This document shows, in pieces, positions 19,085 to 28,693 of a stretch of DNA of 64,000 bases. The position numbers and the translations under genes were made by a program. The notes beneath the pieces are model-generated. The model was not told where the DNA came from, did not search any database, and was given only the letters and a program-made list of their open reading frames with translations. This DNA comes from Vulcanimicrobiales bacterium (lineage in GTDB: Bacteria; Vulcanimicrobiota; Vulcanimicrobiia; Vulcanimicrobiales; Vulcanimicrobiaceae): positions 1 to 64,000 of the forward strand of contig JBBRLI010000010.1 of NCBI GenBank assembly GCA_038231455.1, read 5' to 3'. The stretch's first letter is position 1, and the number at the start of each line of letters is the position of its first letter.

Positions 19085-19225
19085 TTACCTGCAGTGGACG
19101 ATCGCCATCGCCCAACCCGCGGTCGTTCGCGTGCGAACGAGATAGCCGGCTTCGGTGCGATCGTAAACCTGGTAGCCCGCTCTCAGCGCGTCGGCTAGGG
19201 TCCTGAACACCATAACTCCTGACAT
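19085..19225 (-). CDS. Small protein, 46 aa (MSGVMVFRTLADALRAGYQVYDRTEAGYLVRTRTTAGWAMAIVHCR)
   Basis: AAGGAGG RBS, upstream ECF-like promoter, downstream terminator; below the ORF-track cutoff. Confidence 0.75.
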   Translation of the reverse strand: MSGVMVFRTLADALRAGYQVYDRTEAGYLVRTRTTAGWAMAIVHCR

Positions 19226-19274
19226 CTCGGGTGCCCTCCTTTCGGGCGTTTGGGATTGGGTCTCTACTCCTATT

Positions 19275-19300
19275 AACGGACAGAGTGCCCAGCAAGTTCA
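19275..19300 (-). promoter_or_regulatory. ECF-type promoter for the 46-aa ORF
   Basis: TGAACT-N16-CGTT on the minus strand. Confidence 0.45.
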
Positions 19301-19352
19301 GTAGGAACGCCTACAACAGTGTAAATATTCGTGCGCGACGAAGGTTAACGGG

Positions 19353-20180
19353 ATGCCCACTCTCGAGAGCAGACCCGCGATTTACACGACGCGCATCATC
19401 GATCGGCGCGAGCCGGCGCCCGGAATTGTGATCCTCGGACTGCACGCCCCTGCGCTTGCAGCCGACACTCGACCCGGCCATTTTGTGATGGCGATCCCAC
19501 CTGCGGGCGTGCAAGCTGCCGTGGCTCTTGGCATCTACGAAGCGCGCGCCGAGCGCGTCAGCCTGATGCTGGTCGATGCCGGACCGCGCACGCGAGCGCT
19601 CGCGGCGCTTGCACCCGGCGATTCCCTGGAGCTGCTTGCGCCGCTTGGCAACGGATTTTTTCTCGATGATTTGCCCGATCACGTCGGCATCGTCGCGGGC
19701 GGCGTCGGCCTTGCCTCGGTTCTCTTGGCAGCCGAGGACATCGTGCGACGTGGCAAGCGCGCGACACTCTATTACGGTGCACGTACCGCGAGGGCACTCG
19801 TCGACCGCGATCTCTTCGCGGCCGCCGGCTGCGCGGTTGAATGTGCAACCGACGATGGCACGTTTGGCCACCACGGCTACGTGACGGACTTACTGCGAAT
19901 AGCGGATGCGCCGACACTGTTGCTTGCGTGCGGCCCCTCACCGATGTTGCGTTCCGTTTCGCGTGTCGCGGCCGAACGCGGTCTGCGCGCGCAGCTCTCG
20001 CTCGAAGAAACATTCGCCTGCGGCGTTGGCGCGTGCTGGGGTTGCGTCGTTCCGCTCGACCGCGCGAGCGCTCAAGCGCCAAAATTTCCGGAAGCCGGCG
20101 CCGACGAGTCGCGGACGTACGTGCACGCGCGCATCTGCAAAGAAGGCCCCGTGTTCTGGGCGCACGAGTTGCGTTGGTGA
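19353..20180 (+). CDS. pyrK: Dihydroorotate dehydrogenase electron-transfer subunit
   Basis: PLGNGF, AGGVGLA, ACGPSPML, CGVGACWGC...ICKEGPVF. Confidence 0.9.
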   Translation: MPTLESRPAIYTTRIIDRREPAPGIVILGLHAPALAADTRPGHFVMAIPPAGVQAAVALGIYEARAERVSLMLVDAGPRTRALAALAPGDSLELLAPLGNGFFLDDLPDHVGIVAGGVGLASVLLAAEDIVRRGKRATLYYGARTARALVDRDLFAAAGCAVECATDDGTFGHHGYVTDLLRIADAPTLLLACGPSPMLRSVSRVAAERGLRAQLSLEETFACGVGACWGCVVPLDRASAQAPKFPEAGADESRTYVHARICKEGPVFWAHELRW

Positions 20181-21148
20181 GCGGCGTGATTGCAACGCAG
20201 CCGAATCTTCGCGTGCGACTTGGTGGACTCGATCTTGCGTATCCGACGCTGATGGGCAGTGGATGTTACGGATCGGGCGATGAGTACGCACCGTTCATCG
20301 ACCTTGCCGGAATTGGCGCGGTGGTCCTCAAGAGCGTCACGCGTGCGCCTCGCTTAGGCAACCCCACGCCCCGGCTCGTGCAAACGCCCGGCGGCATGCT
20401 CAACGCGATCGGGTTGCAGAATCCGGGCATCGACCACTATCTCGCGCATGACGTGCCGAAGTTTGCATCACGTCCGTGCGGCGTGATCGGCAGCGTCGCG
20501 GGTTTTTCGCTCGATGACTACGCGTATACGACCGAAAAACTTGGCGCATGCGATGAGATCGACGCGATCGAACTGAACATCTCGTGTCCCAATGTCGCAA
20601 GCGAAGGCGAGACGTTTTCGTGCGACCCGCGCCTCACACATAAAGTCGTCGCCGCCGCACGAAAAGCGACCGCAAAAACGCTCATCGTCAAGCTCTCGCC
20701 GAACGTCACGGATATTGCCGCAATCGCGCGCGAAGCCGAAGCCGCGGGTGCCGATGCGCTTGCGGTGATCAATACCGTGCGCGGCATGGCGATCGACGTA
20801 CACGCCTGGAAACCGCGGCTCGGCAACGTGACCGGCGGCCTCTCTGGTCCGGCGATTCGTCCGATCGCCGTGCTTGCCGTGTACGAAGTGGCGCGCGCCG
20901 TCGCGATTCCGATCGTCGGCCAAGGCGGTATCGAAACCCTCAGCGATGCCTTAGAATTCATTCTGGCCGGCGCGACGGCCGTGTCGATCGGCACGGGCAA
21001 TTTCACCGATCCACGTGCGCCGATCCGTATCGCCGAAGGCCTCCGCTCCTATCTTGCGGAGCGCGGACTGGCTTCGCTCGCCGATATTATCGGCAAAGCC
21101 AACGCGGGCTTCAAAAATGCAACCGAATTCAGCGGAGATGAAGGCTAG
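20177..21148 (+). CDS. pyrD: Dihydroorotate dehydrogenase class 1B
   Basis: GNPTPR, NAIGLQNPG, ELNISCPN, VKLSPNVTDI, GGLSGPAIRP. Confidence 0.95.
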   Translation: MSGVIATQPNLRVRLGGLDLAYPTLMGSGCYGSGDEYAPFIDLAGIGAVVLKSVTRAPRLGNPTPRLVQTPGGMLNAIGLQNPGIDHYLAHDVPKFASRPCGVIGSVAGFSLDDYAYTTEKLGACDEIDAIELNISCPNVASEGETFSCDPRLTHKVVAAARKATAKTLIVKLSPNVTDIAAIAREAEAAGADALAVINTVRGMAIDVHAWKPRLGNVTGGLSGPAIRPIAVLAVYEVARAVAIPIVGQGGIETLSDALEFILAGATAVSIGTGNFTDPRAPIRIAEGLRSYLAERGLASLADIIGKANAGFKNATEFSGDEG

Positions 21149-21864
21149 TGCAATCTCAACTCGTCGTCGCGCTCGACGTGCCGACACTCGCGCGTGCAGA
21201 AGAACTCATCCAGTCGCTCGCACCGCTCGGCGTGACTTTCAAGATCGGCTATGAAGCCGTCTACGGATTCGGGGATGCAATTCGCAACGTGCTGGATCGC
21301 ACCGGTGCCCAATACATGCTCGATGTGAAGTTGCACGACATTCCGCGTACGGTCGGCGCCGCGATGTGCGCGCTCGTTCGGCCGGGTGTGAAACTGGTAA
21401 CGATCCACGCGCTCGGCGGCGGTGAGATGATGAAAGTGGCGGTGGATGCGGCGGAAGAACGCGCAGCGCAACTCGGCATCGAGGCGCCCGGGATCCTTGC
21501 GGTGACGATCTTGACGAGCATCGGGCCGGAAGATTTGGGCGAACTCGGTTTGAGCGGCGGCCCCGGCGAGAACGCCATTCGGCTTGCCGCACTCGCGCGC
21601 GATGCGCGCTGCCACGGCGTCGTTTGCAGCGTCGGCGAAGTGGCCGATCTCAAGAGTTTTTTCGGCCACGATTTTGCTACGTTGTGCCCCGGGATTCGAC
21701 CGGCTGGATCGGCGCACGGCGATCAAAAACGCGCAGCAACACCGGCGCAAGCGCAAGCGGCCGGTGCGGATTATATCGTCGTCGGTCGTCCGATCGTCGA
21801 GGCCGGCGATCCGGTCGCGGCGGCGAGCGCCATTTTGAGCGAACTGCATGGAGTACGCGCGTGA
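21148..21864 (+). CDS. pyrF: Orotidine-5'-phosphate decarboxylase
   Basis: VALD, LDVKLHDIPRT, PGIR, DQKR, VVGRPI. Confidence 0.95.
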   Translation: MQSQLVVALDVPTLARAEELIQSLAPLGVTFKIGYEAVYGFGDAIRNVLDRTGAQYMLDVKLHDIPRTVGAAMCALVRPGVKLVTIHALGGGEMMKVAVDAAEERAAQLGIEAPGILAVTILTSIGPEDLGELGLSGGPGENAIRLAALARDARCHGVVCSVGEVADLKSFFGHDFATLCPGIRPAGSAHGDQKRAATPAQAQAAGADYIVVGRPIVEAGDPVAAASAILSELHGVRA

Positions 21865-22445
21865 GTGCGGATGTCTCGGAGAAACTTTTCGCCGAACTGC
21901 AGGCGCGCGGCGCGATTCTCGACGGTCACTTCAAACTCTCGAGCGGACGGCACTCCGATCGCTTCGTACAGAAGTTCCGCATCCTCGAAGATCCAAAGCT
22001 CGTCGAAGTCGTTGCAAAAGCCCTCGCTGATGCGGCGCGACCGCACCGTCCAAGTGTGGTCGTGAGCGCGGCCGTGGGCGGCATCGTGCTCGGCTATGAA
22101 GTCGCCCGCCAACTCGGCGTCCTCGGCATCTTCGTCGAAAAAGAAAACGGCGTCGCCACGCTCCGTCGCGGCTTCCACCTGGATCCGAGCGACCGCGCGT
22201 TCATCGTCGAGGACGTCGTGACGACGGGTCTGAGCGTGCGCGAAGTGGTCGACGTGGTCAAGGCTAAGGGCGCAACGCCGGCCGCCGTCGGCGCGATCGT
22301 CCAGCGCAGCGAAGTCGATTTCGGCGTCCCCACGTTCCCGTTGCTGTTTTTGCCGATCGAGAGCTACGCCCCCGACGACTGCCCGCAGTGCCGCGCGGGC
22401 GATCCGATCACCGAACCCGGTTCGCGGTTTCTCAAGCCCGCGTAG
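21861..22445 (+). CDS. pyrE: Orotate phosphoribosyltransferase
   Basis: GHFKLSSGRHS, IVEDVVTTG PRPP motif. Confidence 0.93.
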   Translation: MSADVSEKLFAELQARGAILDGHFKLSSGRHSDRFVQKFRILEDPKLVEVVAKALADAARPHRPSVVVSAAVGGIVLGYEVARQLGVLGIFVEKENGVATLRRGFHLDPSDRAFIVEDVVTTGLSVREVVDVVKAKGATPAAVGAIVQRSEVDFGVPTFPLLFLPIESYAPDDCPQCRAGDPITEPGSRFLKPA

Positions 22446-22459
22446 CGAAGAGCCGGGAT

Positions 22460-23581
22460 ATGGATTCCCCGGTTACTCGCCTGGTGCGCCCCGCCGTTCT
22501 CCGCCAGAAGCCGTACAAGCCCGGCACGACGGTCGACCAAGCGAAGGCGCGTTATGGGCTCGCGCACGTCGTCAAACTCTCGCAGAACGAGAATCCGCTC
22601 GGCTGCTCGCCGAAGGCGGCAGCGGCTCTCGCAAGCGTCGGCGATTTGAGTGTGTATTTCGATGATGACTATCCCGAGCTTCGCACGCGTCTAGCTGCGC
22701 CATTTGGTCTGACCAAAGACAATATTATCGTCGGCCACGGTAGTAACGACGTGCTCATGACGCTGTTCGAAGCGTTCATCGAGGCGGGCGATGAGATTGT
22801 GATGGCCGATCCGACGTTTTCGCTTTTTCCGAAGTATACGCTCCTGCGCGACGGCGTTCCGGTGCGCGTGCCGCTGCGCGATGGCGTGCACGATCTCGAT
22901 GCCATGCTTGCGGCGATCACGCAAAAGACGAAGTTCGTCATCGTCGTCGATCCCAACAATCCGACCGGGACGCAGGTCGATCCGGCGGCATTCGACCGTT
23001 TCGTCGCTGCGCTGCCCATACACGTCGTGCTCGTGATCGATCAGGCGTATCGCGAATATATGCCCGCAGCCAGCGTCGAGGGCGCCGACATCGTCAAACG
23101 CCGTCCGCTCACGATGGTCACGCGCACGATGTCGAAGATCTTCGGTCTTGCCGCACTGCGTTTCGGATACGCGATCTCATCGCCCGAGATGATCGAGGTC
23201 GTCCAACGCGTTCGCACGCCGTTCAACGTTTCGGGTCCGGCGGTCGCCGCCGTGCTCGCGGCGCTCGACGATGCGGCGTTCATGGAGCGCACGCTGCGCA
23301 CCAATGCCGAAGGCAAAGCGTACCTGGAGTGCGAGTTCGCGCGACTGGGACTCACCTGGTATCCGTCTGCGGCAAACTTTATCGCGGTGCGGATTCCCGC
23401 GATCGCCGAGGAGGCGTACGAAGCGCTGCTCGCGCGTGGCGTGGTCGTTCGCAGCGGCGACGGATTGGGTCTGCCGAATCATTTACGAATTACGATTGGG
23501 ACGCCGGAAGAAAACGCGGTTCTCGTCGCCGCGCTCGAATCGCTTGCAAGCGAGTGGCGCGCCGCTCCGGCGCTGCTATGA
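22460..23581 (+). CDS. hisC: Histidinol-phosphate aminotransferase
   Basis: KLSQNENPLG, PNNPTG, DQAY, RTMSKIFGLAALRFGY. Confidence 0.9.
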   Translation: MDSPVTRLVRPAVLRQKPYKPGTTVDQAKARYGLAHVVKLSQNENPLGCSPKAAAALASVGDLSVYFDDDYPELRTRLAAPFGLTKDNIIVGHGSNDVLMTLFEAFIEAGDEIVMADPTFSLFPKYTLLRDGVPVRVPLRDGVHDLDAMLAAITQKTKFVIVVDPNNPTGTQVDPAAFDRFVAALPIHVVLVIDQAYREYMPAASVEGADIVKRRPLTMVTRTMSKIFGLAALRFGYAISSPEMIEVVQRVRTPFNVSGPAVAAVLAALDDAAFMERTLRTNAEGKAYLECEFARLGLTWYPSAANFIAVRIPAIAEEAYEALLARGVVVRSGDGLGLPNHLRITIGTPEENAVLVAALESLASEWRAAPALL

Positions 23582-24048
23582 ACGCGGCGATCGCGATCCG
23601 GCACGGCGAGCACGCCGATCGTGAGTACGTATACGATTTAGGCCGCCGCACCGTCGATTCGAGCGTTTCGCCGCTCCGCGAGACGACGCTTGCGATCGTG
23701 GAACTCGCCTTCGAACGCCTAGCAGAATACGTCTTCGACCAATCGCACCTGGTGTTGCTCGCGCACGATGGCGAGCGCAATCTCGGGTTTTTGCTGTTGC
23801 TCGATTCCTTGCCCGATGAAGTGACGGCAGCACCGCAAGCATTCGTCGCCTACATGGCCGTCGAACCCGCCGCACGCCGCGGCGGCGTCGGTCGCGCGCT
23901 CATCGACGCGGCCGAATCCGTCGCGCGCGAACGCGGCTTGCCGCATCTCTCGCTCATGGTGACGGATGCCAATCAAGCCGCCGTGGATCTGTACGCGAGC
24001 GTCGGATTTCATACGGAGCGCCGCCTGCTCACCAAGGTGCTGAAGTGA
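23578..24048 (+). CDS. GNAT N-acetyltransferase
   Basis: VEPAARRGGVGRAL, NQAAVDLYASVGF. Confidence 0.85.
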   Translation: MNAAIAIRHGEHADREYVYDLGRRTVDSSVSPLRETTLAIVELAFERLAEYVFDQSHLVLLAHDGERNLGFLLLLDSLPDEVTAAPQAFVAYMAVEPAARRGGVGRALIDAAESVARERGLPHLSLMVTDANQAAVDLYASVGFHTERRLLTKVLK

Positions 24049-25172
24049 GTGCCACCTTAACGCGGCGCATCGTCGTCGGGGCGATCGTCGTCCTGGTTGC
24101 GCTTGCGCTCATTTACGTTGCATTAAAGATTCCAAAGACGCTCACCGTGTTCTTGATCGCTTCGTTCATCGCGTTCGGGGCGTACCCGCTTACTTCGCGC
24201 TTAGAGCGGCGGATGCCGCGTGCGGCGGCAATTGCCATCGTCTATCTCGGCTTGCTCGGCGCGCTTGTGGTCTTACTCTTACTCGTCATTCCGATTACGG
24301 TCGCGCAGGTTCAGGCGCTCTTACTCAATAGCCCTGATTACGTCGCCGGATCGCAGCAGCTCGTCGTGAAATTCGAGCAGGTCGTGCGCGCGCGCTTGGG
24401 ACCGCACGTGCAGTTTCCGAGTCTTGCCGATATGCAGACGCTCGTCGGCCAGCGCGTCGCCGGCGGTCTGTCCTACGTGATCGCCTCGGCCGGATCGATC
24501 GCGCTGCAGACGATTGGCGCGCTCTTCATCGGCATCTCATCGCTGATCCTCTCGATCTTTTTCCTCGCTCGCGGACGCGGCGTGCTGCGCTCGCTGCTCG
24601 TCTTCGTACCGCCGGCACGGCGTGAGTCCGTCCAGCTTTTGTTCACCGAAATCGCTTCGATCTTCGGCCATTTCGTTGCGGGGCAGGCGCTCCTGAGCGC
24701 AATCGTCGGCGTCTCGGTGTGGATCGTGCTCGCGCTCTCGCACTTCCAATTCGCCTTGCTCGTCGGCGTTGTGTGCGGCCTGGCCTACTCGATTCCGTTC
24801 GTCGGTATGCTCGTCGCGCAAGTGCTAGCAGCACTGCTGGCGCTGCCGCAGGGCGCCGGGATGGTGGTGTGGGTCAGCGTCGCGATCTTTGTGATCGCGC
24901 GTATCGGCGACAACGTGCTCGTCCCGAAAGTCATGTCCGAGTCCGTCGGCGTCTCGCCGATCGGCGTCATGTTTGCGGTTTTCGCCGGTGGCGAACTTTT
25001 CGGACTCCCCGGCTTGCTGCTCGGAATTCCCGCAGCGGCGCTCGTGAAAGTGCTCTTCCGCTTTTTCGTCACGCCGTATTTAGCGAGGATCGAGGCCGAA
25101 AAAATTCTCGAAGAACAGAACACGACGGTCGAGCTGAAGTCCGAAACGGTGATCTTGACCGTCAGTAGCTAA
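24045..25172 (+). CDS. AI-2E family transporter
   Basis: Multi-TM; IPFVG, DNVLVPKVM, GGELFGLPGLLLGIP. Confidence 0.88.
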   Translation: MSATLTRRIVVGAIVVLVALALIYVALKIPKTLTVFLIASFIAFGAYPLTSRLERRMPRAAAIAIVYLGLLGALVVLLLLVIPITVAQVQALLLNSPDYVAGSQQLVVKFEQVVRARLGPHVQFPSLADMQTLVGQRVAGGLSYVIASAGSIALQTIGALFIGISSLILSIFFLARGRGVLRSLLVFVPPARRESVQLLFTEIASIFGHFVAGQALLSAIVGVSVWIVLALSHFQFALLVGVVCGLAYSIPFVGMLVAQVLAALLALPQGAGMVVWVSVAIFVIARIGDNVLVPKVMSESVGVSPIGVMFAVFAGGELFGLPGLLLGIPAAALVKVLFRFFVTPYLARIEAEKILEEQNTTVELKSETVILTVSS

Positions 25173-26878
25173 GTTGTTTCGGCGCGTTCCATCGAATCGG
25201 GGGCGCTTACGCCGCAGAGTGCGAGCACGCTTGCGAGCACGGTTTTGGCCGCGAGAGCGAGGGCTAAGCGCGCGACGCTGACGTCGGCATCATCGCCGAT
25301 GATCGTGCACGTTGTGTAGAACTGGTGGAATTCGCTTGCGACATCGCGCGCGTACCGTGCGATGCGATGCGGCGCGAGCGCTTGCGCAGCGTTGGCGATC
25401 ACCTCGGGGTATTCGGCGAGTCGACGCGCGAGCGCGAGTTCTGCTTGCTCGGTGAGTGCGACAAGACCCTCACCTTTCATGGCGCGCTCGACGAGTGAAG
25501 CGTCTTTCTCCGCGGCCTTGCGCACGACGGAGGCGATACGCGCGTGACCGTACTGCACGTAGAAGACCGGGTTGTCGCTCGACTGCTGCTTGGCGAGCGC
25601 AAGATCGAAAGTGAGCGGCTGATCGGGGCTGAGCATGACGAAGAAGAAGCGCGCCGCATCGACGCCGACTTCATCGATAATGTCTTGCAGCGTGACGATC
25701 TGGCCGGCGCGTTTGGACATGGCAACGACTTCATTGCCGCGCATGAGCGTGATCTGCTGCGCGATTAGCACGTTGATTCCGCCCGGATGCCCGTAGGCCG
25801 TTGCAAGCGCGTTGAGCCGTCCGATGTAGCCGTGGTGATCCGGTCCGAGAATGATCTCCGCGCGATCGTTGCCGCGTTGAAATTTCTCGTAGAAGTACGC
25901 AACGTCGGCGGCGTAGTACGTCGGCCGACCATCGGAGCGGATCACGACGCGATCTTGATCGTCGCCGGATTCGCTGGTCTTCACCCAGGTAGCGCCATCT
26001 TTTTCGTACGTAAGGCCCATCGCGCGCAGGCGTTCGAGGCCCGCTTCGATCGCGCCGCGCCCGCTCAGTTCTTTCTCACTCTGCCAAAGATCGTAGTGCA
26101 CGCCGAAGTGCGCGGCGATTTCACGTTGACCGGCAACGAGCGTATCGCGTCCGAATTGGCGAACTTCGGGAAGCCACGCGGCCTCACTAGCCGTGCGCCA
26201 TTTCTCGCCGTCGCGATCGCGTAACGCCTGTGCGACGGGCATGAGGTAGTCGCCCGGATAGCCGTCTTCGGGGAACGGAAATTCCGGTTCCCACAGTTGA
26301 CGGTAACGCGCGTAGAGTGAACGCCCGAGCGTGTCGATCTGGGAGCCCGCATCGTTGATGATCCACTCGGTGAATACGTCGAAGCCCGCAAAGCGCATGG
26401 CATTTGCAAGCGTCGCACCGATCGAGAGCGTACGGCCTTGCACGACGACGAGCGGGCCGGTCGGGTTTGCGCTGCCGAATTCGAGCGAGACTTTGATATT
26501 GCGTTTGGGGCTTTTTCCGAACTCCGCACCGTCGCGCAAAATCGTCGCGATGGTTCGCTGCCAGAACGCGGGTACCAGATGCAGATTGATGAAGCCCACC
26601 ACGGCGTTGCTGTTCGGCAAGACGGTGGCGCGGACGTCGGGATCCTCGAGGGCGCGATCGAGGACGGCGTTCGCGATGTCGTTCGGCGAGCGTCGGGCAG
26701 CCTTGGCGAGCGAAAACGCAACGTTGGTCGCCATGTCGCCGAACTCGGCGCGGCGCGGCGGCTCGAAGTGAATCGCGGGCTCCGAGCCCGGATAGAGGCT
26801 GCGGATCGCGTTTTCGAAGCGGCCGGCGAGTTGGGGAAGCGTCAGCAAGGTGCCCGCCTCAGTGGTGATAGGGTTCAT
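25169..26878 (-). CDS. argS: Arginine--tRNA ligase
   Basis: FGDMATN, EFGSANPTGPL, GPDHHGY, MSKRAG, YVQYGHARI. Confidence 0.96.
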   Translation of the reverse strand: MNPITTEAGTLLTLPQLAGRFENAIRSLYPGSEPAIHFEPPRRAEFGDMATNVAFSLAKAARRSPNDIANAVLDRALEDPDVRATVLPNSNAVVGFINLHLVPAFWQRTIATILRDGAEFGKSPKRNIKVSLEFGSANPTGPLVVVQGRTLSIGATLANAMRFAGFDVFTEWIINDAGSQIDTLGRSLYARYRQLWEPEFPFPEDGYPGDYLMPVAQALRDRDGEKWRTASEAAWLPEVRQFGRDTLVAGQREIAAHFGVHYDLWQSEKELSGRGAIEAGLERLRAMGLTYEKDGATWVKTSESGDDQDRVVIRSDGRPTYYAADVAYFYEKFQRGNDRAEIILGPDHHGYIGRLNALATAYGHPGGINVLIAQQITLMRGNEVVAMSKRAGQIVTLQDIIDEVGVDAARFFFVMLSPDQPLTFDLALAKQQSSDNPVFYVQYGHARIASVVRKAAEKDASLVERAMKGEGLVALTEQAELALARRLAEYPEVIANAAQALAPHRIARYARDVASEFHQFYTTCTIIGDDADVSVARLALALAAKTVLASVLALCGVSAPDSMERAETT

Positions 26879-27320
26879 TGCGGGCGATCTTCGCTGCGCG
26901 GTAAAGCTGTTCCAGCACGATCGCCCGCGCCCACTCATGTAAGAACGTCAATCTCGAGAGCGACCAGCGGACATTCGCCCGATCTTGTAGCGCCTGCGAG
27001 GCGCCGAAGGTCCCCGCGATCACGAAGGTGATCTTCGGTGTCCCGCCCACAGCAAGCGCCTCGATCCGACTCGCAAGCTGGGTGCTCGCAATCTCGATGC
27101 CGGTTCGTTCCAGCAGCCAGACATGATCGCTCGGGGCGAGCAACGCGAGGATCGCTTCGCCTTCGGTCGCGACCGCGCGCTCCGGCGCACTGCCATCCGC
27201 TGCCCGGACTTCATCAAGCGTAAGGCGGTGGTACGGCGCGATTCTCTTTTGAAAATCTGCGACGGCCGATGCCACGTACGCTTCGCGAACTTTTCCGACG
27301 GCGATCAGGCGTACTTGCAT
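26859..27320 (-). CDS. rlmH: 23S rRNA pseudouridine-1915 N3-methyltransferase
   Basis: LIAVGK start; SLSRLTFLHE..R..VLEQLYRA..I.RNEPYHH. Confidence 0.93.
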   Translation of the reverse strand: MQVRLIAVGKVREAYVASAVADFQKRIAPYHRLTLDEVRAADGSAPERAVATEGEAILALLAPSDHVWLLERTGIEIASTQLASRIEALAVGGTPKITFVIAGTFGASQALQDRANVRWSLSRLTFLHEWARAIVLEQLYRAAKIARNEPYHH

Positions 27321-27452
27321 ACCGCTCCGTTCGTCACGTACGCGATGGACCCTAACGAGCGGAAAGACACGAAGGAATGAGCGCCTTGCTCGATACACGT
27401 TCCGAAAGCGAGCACCACTGCGGCGATCGCGCTCACTTGATAGGGTGTGTTT

Positions 27453-27896
27453 ATGCGAGTGCTAGGTGCGATCGTGGTTGCGGCAGCGACGGTACTGACC
27501 GATTGCGCTGGGAATTCGAGTGCTGCGAACTCCCACGTAGGCTACTCCGGCATTTTTCCACCAGAGCCTCCGTGCCCGGCGGCGATCCAGCTGATTCGGA
27601 TGATTTCACCGGCACCCGGCGCGACGAGCGTCTCGCCGACGATCGCGGTGATCGAGGTCTCGAAGTTGTTTGGTAAGCAATATGTCGTCGCGCTCTCGCC
27701 GCAACCGGCTCAAGCGCCTTCGAACGCACCGGTCCTCTCACAAATCGACATGCCATCTGCTGCCTCCGAGGGGATGGGTTCGCTCCTCGCAATTCCCGCG
27801 CTTGCCGCGCATACCACGTACGCCCTTACGCTAACGGAACAATCCAACTGCCCGTCGGTTCAAATGACCTCGGACAGCACGTTCACGACCCAATAG
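27453..27896 (+). CDS. Hypothetical exported/lipoprotein (possible Ig-like domain)
   Basis: Signal peptide with Cys; ISPAPGATSVSP and LAAHTTYALTL motifs. Confidence 0.5.
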   Translation: MRVLGAIVVAAATVLTDCAGNSSAANSHVGYSGIFPPEPPCPAAIQLIRMISPAPGATSVSPTIAVIEVSKLFGKQYVVALSPQPAQAPSNAPVLSQIDMPSAASEGMGSLLAIPALAAHTTYALTLTEQSNCPSVQMTSDSTFTTQ

Positions 27897-27907
27897 TCGG
27901 TGCAACC

Positions 27908-28233
27908 TCACGTTTGTAGTTGCTTTGACATCTCTGCGCGCGGAAGCGACACGCCGTTACGGACAACATGCTCATGCCGTTCGATTTTCCATCCATTTTT
28001 CGCAAAGAACGGCTGTCATCGAAATCCACGCGCAAACAACACCGGGTCATTCTCGGCGACGAAGGTTTGTAGTCCAGCAGATTTGGTAACCAGCAGTCGG
28101 AATCTGGAACCGATGGTGCCCACGCTTCAATCTGCTCGCGACTATACGCCTTGCATGCGACTTCGTGGACGGAACGGTAAAATTTCTCACAAACGCGCGG
28201 CGCATCGCCGGCACTGAATCGTCGGATCGTCAT
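27908..28233 (-). pseudogene. Degraded YafP-like GNAT acetyltransferase
   Basis: N-terminus MTIRRF..YSREQIEAWAP; frameshifts; C-terminus PFFAKNGWKIERHEHVVRNGVSL in another frame; central motif A missing. Confidence 0.7.
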
Positions 28234-28289
28234 TTCAGATCCGTGTCTGCGCTGATGACCGAAGTAGCGTGTTTCTCCGTCAAACAAGT

Positions 28290-28505
28290 TTAAACGGGAA
28301 CGCGAATATCGACGTATTCGACGATCGAGGGTTCGGGAATTGGATCGCCGTCTTCACGCATTCCCTCAACGTGCATCTGCACGGCGCCCTGGATGTTCTC
28401 TCGAATTTCTTCGAGCGTGGCACCCGTCGCGATGCATCCGTCCATATCGATGACATAGGCGGAGTATCCGGTGCCGGTCGGCTCGATTACGATGGGAAAT
28501 TTCAT
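28290..28505 (-). CDS. hicB: HicB family antitoxin
   Basis: YSAYV.D..GCIATGATLEE..ENI..A..MH.EG..EDGDPIPEP. Confidence 0.88.
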   Translation of the reverse strand: MKFPIVIEPTGTGYSAYVIDMDGCIATGATLEEIRENIQGAVQMHVEGMREDGDPIPEPSIVEYVDIRVPV

Positions 28506-28693
28506 TTCAGCCCTGCCTGTGTAAGCATTGTGGACCACGTCTTCAGTGAAACCTCTTGGGATTCTTTACCCCAAACAGTGACGCGACCGGGCTTGCTCGG
28601 ATGGACGAACTGCCGATGCGAGCCCGTCGTGTTGTGTAGCACCCAGCCGTCGCGCTTGATAATGCGTAGAATCTCGTGAACTTTGTGAATCAT
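28502..28693 (-). CDS. hicA: HicA family toxin (mRNA interferase)
   Basis: DGW....TGSHRQFVHPSKPGRVTV...T..MLTQAGL; ATGA overlaps on both sides. Confidence 0.88.
   Translation of the reverse strand: MIHKVHEILRIIKRDGWVLHNTTGSHRQFVHPSKPGRVTVWGKESQEVSLKTWSTMLTQAGLK

Noticed and set aside
19226-19352. PyrR attenuator upstream of pyrK
   Set aside because: No PyrR-binding-loop motif or plus-strand terminator
26859-26900. rlmH 3' end as an SCC-like integration site
   Set aside because: rlmH runs directly into argS; no recombinase or att repeats
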